Shown here: positions 57,109-64,000 of the stretch, piece by piece
How the letters are laid out: each line of letters opens with the position of its first letter
How positions within the stretch are numbered: position 1 is the first letter of the stretch
Source of the DNA: Azolla caroliniana
Taxonomy: Eukaryota > Plantae > Polypodiophyta
Direction of reading: 5' to 3'
NCBI GenBank assembly: GCA_043228905.1
Contig: JBHGNT010000006.1
Span: 17,422,001 to 17,486,000, forward strand
Length of the DNA: 64,000 nucleotides
The notes under the pieces: generated by a model
What the model was told of the DNA's origin: nothing
Seen by the model: the letters and a program-made list of their open reading frames with translations, nothing else
Database searches by the model: none
Made by a program: the position numbers and the translations under genes

Positions 57109-60100
57109 TCATTTGCTGGTCCCCCCCGATTTGTTTGGGTCGGTTCGTGTGGATACCGGATCCTTCTGTCGGTTTTCCGGGATAGTCTTTGTCAGTATCG
57201 GTGTCGGTTCTTCCTCGGTCCGAATATCTTCAGCAGCGTCTGTCGGTGTCGGTTCCTCATCTTGCCGGATTTCCGGGTTTTGCTTGAACGGGTTGGCTGG
57301 CATATTTCCCTTATACGGCTTTAGCCGAAACCCATTTGCCCACTTGCCGATGACATCTCCAGACAACGTGCCGAGCTGATACGACCCATTGTACTCCTTG
57401 GTGATCCAGAACGGTCCGGTCCACCGAAACCGCAACTTTCCCGGCATGTTCCCCATCCATGTCTGGAATAGTAGCACCGGTTTCCCGACTTCGAACTCCT
57501 TTTCGTTGCCACGCCGGTGTCGGTCCACGAAAGCTTTTCTCCTCCTTTGCTCCAGTTCGAGTTGTAGTAAGCTAGCTATTCGGTTTTCTTCTAATTCCAA
57601 CAACGTCGCCAGCCGGATTCGTTCGGACTCGTTCTCACTTAAGCGCTCCTTTACTTGAATCCGTAAGCTAGGGATCTGGAACTCTACCGGCATGACCGCT
57701 TCTAAACCGAATGCTAGTCGGAACGGGGTTGTCCGGATGCTGGTTTTGTACGTTGTTCGGTACGCCCATAGCGCGCTTTGCAATTTCGTATCCCAGTCGG
57801 TCCGGTTCTCGTTGACGATTTTTCGTAGGATGTTCTGCAGAGTTTGGTTCGTTGATTCCGCTAGTCCATTGGCTTGAGGGTAGTAGGGAGTACTCTTTTT
57901 ATGTACCACCGCGTAAAATGACGTCAGGCTTTCTACTACCTGCCCGAGAAAATGTCCTCCTTGGTCACTTATAAGCTCGATCGGGCATCCATACCGGCAC
58001 CATATGCACTCGTACAGGAACTTTGCCGTGGACGCGGCCGTGTTGTCCCGTAAGGCCTTTGCTTCTACCCATTTGGTGCAATAGTCGGTCGCCACTATGA
58101 CATACCGATTTCCGGTGGCTTGAAGGGACCGACAAAGTCCAAACCCCACTTTTGAAACGGTTCCAAAGGCAAGACCGGGTGGTGTGGCATCCGGGCCTGC
58201 TCCGTGGGTTGGTCCAGTCGTTGACACAAATCACATTCTCTGCTATACTTCACGGCATCTTTTAGGGTGGTGGGCCACCACAATCCGCTCTGCCATATTT
58301 TCCGAGCGGTTGCGTCGCCGGCATAATGCTCGCCGGCAATTCCATAGTGGGCTTCCCTGAGGATTAAATCCTTCTCATCGCTCCGCACTGCTCGTCTCTA
58401 GATGCCATCTGCCCCCTTGTGATAGAGGGTGTCTCCAACCAAGCAGAAATGTTTGCTTCTTACTGCTACCCTTTTCCTTTCATCGCGGTCCATGTTCTCC
58501 GGGGGAACTCCGGTGCTCAGGAACTGATGCATCTCAGTTAGCCACGTGTCTTCATCGGCTATCGTTGCATCCGTTGCCGGTTTCGTCGTGATCCGGAACA
58601 ACTCGGCGTCGGGAAACTCATCCTGGACGCCGTCCCCTGCTTCTCCGGATTCGAGTCTGCTTAGGTAGTCCGCTACCGCATGCTGCGCCCCGGGTCGGTG
58701 GAAAATGTTGAATTCAAATTCCTGTAACAGCAGTGTCCATCGTGCAATTTTTCCCGTCAGGGATGCCTTCGAGACCAGGTAGAGTAGTGCCGAATGGTCG
58801 ACATGGAAGGAAAACTTCCTTCCAAGCAGATAGTGCCTGTACTTTGTGACACTATACACCATTCCCAATGCCTCGCGTTCCGTCGTAGAGTAATTCCGCT
58901 CGGCTTTTGAGAGTTTCCGGCTTGCGTAGTACACCGGTCGGTACCATTTCGGCTCCGTGAGTTGCATCAGAACGCTGCCGATTGCTACATCCGACGCGTC
59001 GACGAAGACGTGAAAGCTTTTACTCCAATCCGGCGGTTGTACCACCGGAGCTTGCGACAGCATAACCTTCAACGCTTGGTAGGCTTCCTCCTCCGTCTCC
59101 GCCCATAGGAAGGGTACCCTGTGTACGGCGGTATGTAATGGTGTAGCGAAGTCTGCGAGGTCCCGTATCATCCGGCTATGCCACCTTATTTGGCCCAGGA
59201 ACCGGCTTAAAGCCTTTGCGTTATTTGGTGCTGGTGCCTCGAGAATCGCCTTGACTTTATCCAGATCTACCGCGATTCCTTCCTTACTCACCACGTGCCC
59301 TAGTAAGTTGCCGCTTGCCACTCCAAAGACGCACTTGGCCGGGTTCAGGCTCAATCGGTACTCGCGGCACTTCTCCAAGCACAACTGGAGGTGATCGAGA
59401 TGCTCTCTGTACCGGTTGTAGACCGCGAAATCGTCAAGGAAGACCTGCATAAAACCGGGGATATATTCCCCGAAAATTTCCATTATTATCCTTTGAAAGG
59501 TCGTTGGAGCCGTCTTTAGTCCGAACATCATCACGACCGCGACGAACACTCCCCATTCCGTCACGAACGCTGTCTTCTCCTGGTCGGCCGGGTTCATTCG
59601 TATTTGGTTGTAGCCGCTAAATCCATCCAGGAAGCTGTAAACTTCGTGACCGGCTACCGCATCTAACACCCCGTCCGTAAATGGTAGTGGAAACGCATCG
59701 GTCACTGTTGCGGCATTTAGTTTTTGGTAGTCCACGCATACTCGGATTTTGCCGTTCTTTTTCGGGACCACCACTATCGGACTCAGCCAAGTTGCCTGCT
59801 TGACCGGTCGGATAAATCCGACCCGGAGGAGCTTATCAATTTCCTCCTTCACCTTCGCCGCATAATTCGGATTCATCCGGTACCTGCGTTGAGCGATCGG
59901 TTTGGTGCTGATAGAGCTGGGGGTCCAGCCCTCGCATGTCTTCGTACGACCACGCGAACACATCCTTGAAGTCTGTTAATAATGCTACCATTGCCTTCTT
60001 TTCTTCCTTCGGCAATTCCTTTGCAACATTTACCGGTCAGGGCTTGTCTGCTGTGCCGAGGTCCACCTCCTCTAGTTGGGATGCTTTTACCCTCTGGGAT

Positions 60101-62349
60101 ATCGTCATTTCCCTCTCTAGGGATTCCTGCGCTTGTCGCAGTTCCCGGATCGCCGCTTGGTCCGGTTCATCCGGCGTCGTAATGTACGGTTCTACTGCCG
60201 CCGTGATATCCACCTCAAATAGTGGGACGATTCGTGGGTGTTCCTCGAGGTACCGCTCGACTTCCTCGTCCGGTAATCCCTCAAACATGTTAATGCTTTC
60301 CGCATACAATGGAGTTGCTTCCTTACTGGTGATCACCCGTGGTTGCGTCGTTACTCGTACCTTTGTTCTTTTGCCAGCTCTGCTTGATATGCGCCGTTCG
60401 TAGCCATGGTCGTCCTAGCAGTAGGGGGTACGCGCCTTGTACATTCAGCTGCAGCACCACAGTCGATATCCGGAATACGTGGCCTCCGATCGTTACTTCC
60501 AAATCCCGGATAAGCCCGGTCGGTCGGACTGAGCTGGTATCCGCCATGCGTAACCAGAAGGGGCATGGTTCCCATTCCCGGATGCCCAGGTTGTTGCATG
60601 TCTGTCGGCTGATGACATTTACCCCGGAGCCTCCGTCAATAATCGTTCCAGCAATTTCCTTTCCTTTCACGATTGCCGTGATCGCCGGGCTACTTGTATC
60701 GACCACCGCTGGTCCTTCCTCCGGGTTGGAGAAGAATGCCGGTGCTGGCGTCGGCTTTGGTTTGCTCACGGATGCCTGTAAGTCTGCCGTAAACCGTGGC
60801 ACCAACTGTAGTAGTCGTGCTAACCGCAGCACGATTTGACAGTCCTGTAGCGCTTGCCACGTCAGGTTTTCTCCTGACTGTATGATTTCTTCATCTTTTG
60901 GCATATTTTGGTCTCTTACTTCTGCCGCATTCTGTTCATTGGCCTCCTTGATCCATTGTGCCGCTTGTTTTCTGATTGCCTCATGGGCTTCCCACTCGGC
61001 GGTCTTTCCCTTTGACCGGGTTGTGACCTGCTGTACTTCTGTTATTTCGGCTGTAACCATGTTGACTTCCGGCTACTTGTCATTGGTTTTGCTTGGGCAT
61101 TGGTTACTATAGTGGCCTTCCTTATGGCAGTAATAACAGTACACCTTGTGACTGTTGCTCGTTTCTCCTTTGTCCCCGGTTTGGAGGGTGGGTATGCTTC
61201 GGCGGTCGTCTTCGGTTTTTCGGTTATCCGGTACCGATACCGGGTTGTCATTCCTCGCTGCCTCCCGACGTTCCTCTCTTCGAAAAAATCCACGCTTCTG
61301 ATTCCGTCGGAAATTTCGGTTCCCTTGTCGCCTCTCTTCTCTGCGTCGTTCGTATTCCGGGGATTCGTCTCGGTCGTACCAGTCCCAGGGGTAGCTATCT
61401 CTATGTCTCTCCTCTCGGTCATAGTTATCACGTCTTCTATCAGCGTATCTGTTACCGCGTTCGCCCTGGTAGCGGTCGTCTCTCCGGAATCGATCCTCGT
61501 CCGGGTTCTGATTGCGCGGTTCTATGTGTCGAACCGGTGCTGCCTGCCGATTTAACAGGTTATATTCGCGCGGCCAAAAAGACTACTTTGGCTTCGTCTG
61601 TGAAAGAGCCTGAGGAATCTGGCCTTCAAGGCATCGAATGTGGCAAAGCTGCCCGGTAAGTGCTTTGCGTGCCATCGGGCCGCTGGTCCTTCTAAGGTTA
61701 TGCCGAATTCGGCGACTTTGGATCGTTCGGCTTCGGGCTCCATCAGTCTTTGGGAGACATGGTTGGCTTCCCATGTTTGGAGGAATGCGTACACGTGTGC
61801 CTCCGCGTCGGCCTCATCCCGGTACTTTGGGTATGGGTACGGCATCGTGTCGTCCAACTGACTCTCCTGCTTTCTGTCCGTTGTTGGCGTCGGTGTGAGA
61901 ACCTTTGGTTCCTCCGCGGTTGGTGCCGGTATCCGCTCCTTCAGTTCCTCCGCGGGTGTTGCCGGTGTCCGGTCCTTTGGTTCCTTCGTGGGTGTTGTCG
62001 GTATCCGCTCCTTCGGTTCCTTCGCGGGTGTTGTCGGTATCCGCTCCTTCGGTTCCTTCGCGGGTGTTGTCGGTATCCGGTCCGCCTCCCTCGGCGATTG
62101 CCGGTCACCGAACTCCAAGGTTATTTCTTCCTCTGGCTCCGGTGTTACTGAGTCTTCCGACCCCTCTTCCCCCGGGTCGTTTGGTGTGTCGTGGCTGCTT
62201 TTATACTGGGACGCAACGCTTCCGTCGCTTTCCGACTCCGCCTCAAGTGTTGCGAATGCTTCCGAGTCCCCGTCGCCCCCGGCGAGCGTCTGTAGTATCG
62301 TTTCCACCTCTTTCAGGCTTGTTATGCTACTGCCTTCGTCGGTCGCCAA
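57109..62349 (-). pseudogene. gag-pol of element E (frameshifts, deletions)
   Basis: IIDGGSGVNVIS (PR); FLDDF (RT); DASD...EREAL...VDH (RH); ISDQG...ANGLAE (INT); GPF. Confidence 0.92.
61905..62080 (-). repeat. 36-bp in-frame tandem repeat (~5 copies) in E gag
   Basis: Encodes (RIPTTPAKEPKE)n. Confidence 0.9.
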
Positions 62350-62819
62350 AATAGTGTTGTCTGCCTGGCCGGACTAGCCTCAACACAGGTGTCTATCCGA
62401 CACTTCTCCAAAGGGGTGGTAAGGATTGGATGCTAGGTTACACGCGTAAGATGATTACGATTAAGCACAGACGGTAAACAATACGAAGATACAGATAAAC
62501 ACGCAATAATTACTATTGTATTACTTCCCTCAAACCCTTTACAATTCATCGGATCCTTTTATAGGCATCCGGCAAGGTTACAATCGGTGCGCTTAGGCAA
62601 CCGACATCCGAATCGGTCCGCATCCGGATCGGTACAACTGTACCGGATCCGGATTGGTACAACTGTACCGGATCCGTCCCTCCGAATAATAATTCTACTA
62701 TTATTTACTTCCTATTATCCGATCCGACTCCGCCTTCCCACTTGTCCTTGCTCTTCTGACCGACCAACAATGATGAGCTGGCAAGTAGTGAAGACACAAT
62801 CGTGCTCTCCCCACGTAAG

Positions 62820-63514
62820 TGTTGGGGAACTTGACGTTTCTTATGTCCGACGCTCGGCCACAACCGAGATTCTTTACATACACAGCAAAACAGGTGATTA
62901 AAAACGCGACACAAAAGAGGAGAAATGGTGCACAGGAGGTATACGTGGAAAACCCCAAAAAATTAGGGGGAAAAACCACGGCAACCCACAAGCTGCAAAC
63001 TGTCACTATGCAGAAGTATACAACAGTGAGATCACTGAGGCAACGACCTCGTGCTCTCAGATCTTCGCCACAGGCGGTGGTTACAACAGAGGCAGGCAAC
63101 GACCTCGTCTCTCTCTCTCTCTCTCTCTATACAGTTACGCGCTCTGATTTCTTCTTGCACCAACAACTACAGAGATAACAACTAGAATAACTATATGTAT
63201 AGAACAACAACACACACGTATAACTAAAAGGTTTGCCCTAAGTCATATTTTACTAATATGACTTTTCGGCTATTTACAAATGTAGCCTTGATGGGCTCCA
63301 TCCGGCTCTCCGCAGTCGGGTACTCCTTATCCGGCTTTCCGCAGTCGGGCCTACACCATCCGACTCTCCGCAGTCGGGTACTCCTCATCCGGCTTTCCGC
63401 AGTCGGGCCTACACCATCCGACTCTCCGCAGTCGGGTACTCCTCATCCGGCTTCATACCGTTTCGTCGGCACTGTTCTTCTCCCTTCCCATCCGGAGGGA
63501 CCTGTCTACCAACA
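62820..63514 (-). mobile_element. Solo LTR of the copia B/C family
   Basis: TG...CA termini and perfect TSD GTAAG. Reverse complement is homologous to the B and C LTRs, with 27/54-bp U3 repeats. Confidence 0.92.
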
Positions 63515-64000
63515 GTAAGGAACCGAAGACACGGTTCATGTGCAAAGAGAAGGGGAAGAATAAGATGCCGGAGTACGACATTGGCAGATATGAGTCAGAT
63601 TGGAGCGAATCCGAATCCAAACAAAACAACGACCCGAAGTTCGAGTCAGGCAAGAGAGCCTTGAAATTGGCTAATGAGAAGTTGCGATGATCCACCTACC
63701 AAAAGAACCTTGTGAAGAGGTACGGGTAAAATGAGTATATGGCGCATCATTATGCGTACATGATGAAGGTGGCGGTAGTGCGTGAGCCGGAGAGCTCCGC
63801 AGAAGCGGCGAAGGATGCAAATTGGTGTGCCGCTAGCTATGGAGGAAGAGATGTACACAGTCACAGAAAACGAGGCATGGGATTTAGTTGATGTACCGAA
63901 AGGGGTGAAGGCGATTGGTTGCCGATGGGTATAAAAGATCAAATAAAACACAGATGGCTCCATCAACTGATACAAGACCCGATTAGTGATGAAGGGCTAC

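Larger units (their letters stand above)
53308..62769 (-). mobile_element. Non-chromovirus Ty3/gypsy element E with extra ORF3, both LTRs
   Basis: LTRs 53308-53697 and 62355-62769. Perfect TSD ATGAT. PBS start TGGCGACC. Order gag-PR-RT-RH-INT-ORF3. No chromodomain. Confidence 0.93.
52690..64000 (+). mobile_element. Copia A-family relic (INT to RT start), host of element E and a solo LTR
   Basis: NQSRNRLDLIHSDVW at 52690+. DELASSED...SPRK|EPK and YMAHHYAYMMKVA are homologous to element A. Confidence 0.82.

Overview
This is eukaryotic, gene-free and almost entirely repetitive DNA. The element types point to heterochromatin of a non-seed land plant (inference). I found no host gene, rRNA, intact tRNA or CRISPR array. 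The window is a stack of nested retrotransposons, most with LTR termini and 5-bp target-site duplications readable by eye. Left to right: a 2.1-kb LTR with a 105-bp tandem array, inserted into a decayed L1-type LINE; a minus-strand Ty1/copia (family A, 7925-27120) hosting a Tork/Tnt1-like copia (B, 9598-24234), which in turn hosts an apparently intact, very young Tcn1/sushi-type chromovirus (10255-16030) and a deleted sister copia (C, 19638-23255); three non-chromovirus Ty3/gypsy copies (D, F, E) carrying a ~1000-codon extra ORF after integrase; a second, degenerate chromovirus (35677-41347); solo LTRs; and a ~4.4-kb array of a ~189-bp satellite. The most notable signals are: (1) the chromovirus has no tRNA PBS but a self-priming 12-mer, a long heat-shock-element array next to its TATA box, a tRNA-spaced Pol III A/B-box module at the LTR edge, and a GUUAAAC slippery site with a pseudoknot; (2) the D/E/F family has a large uncharacterised ORF3, and E and F have a covarying hairpin where the polypurine tract should be; (3) copia family A has a ~200-aa Pol tail bracketed by two PPT-like motifs. 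All counts and alignments were made by eye.
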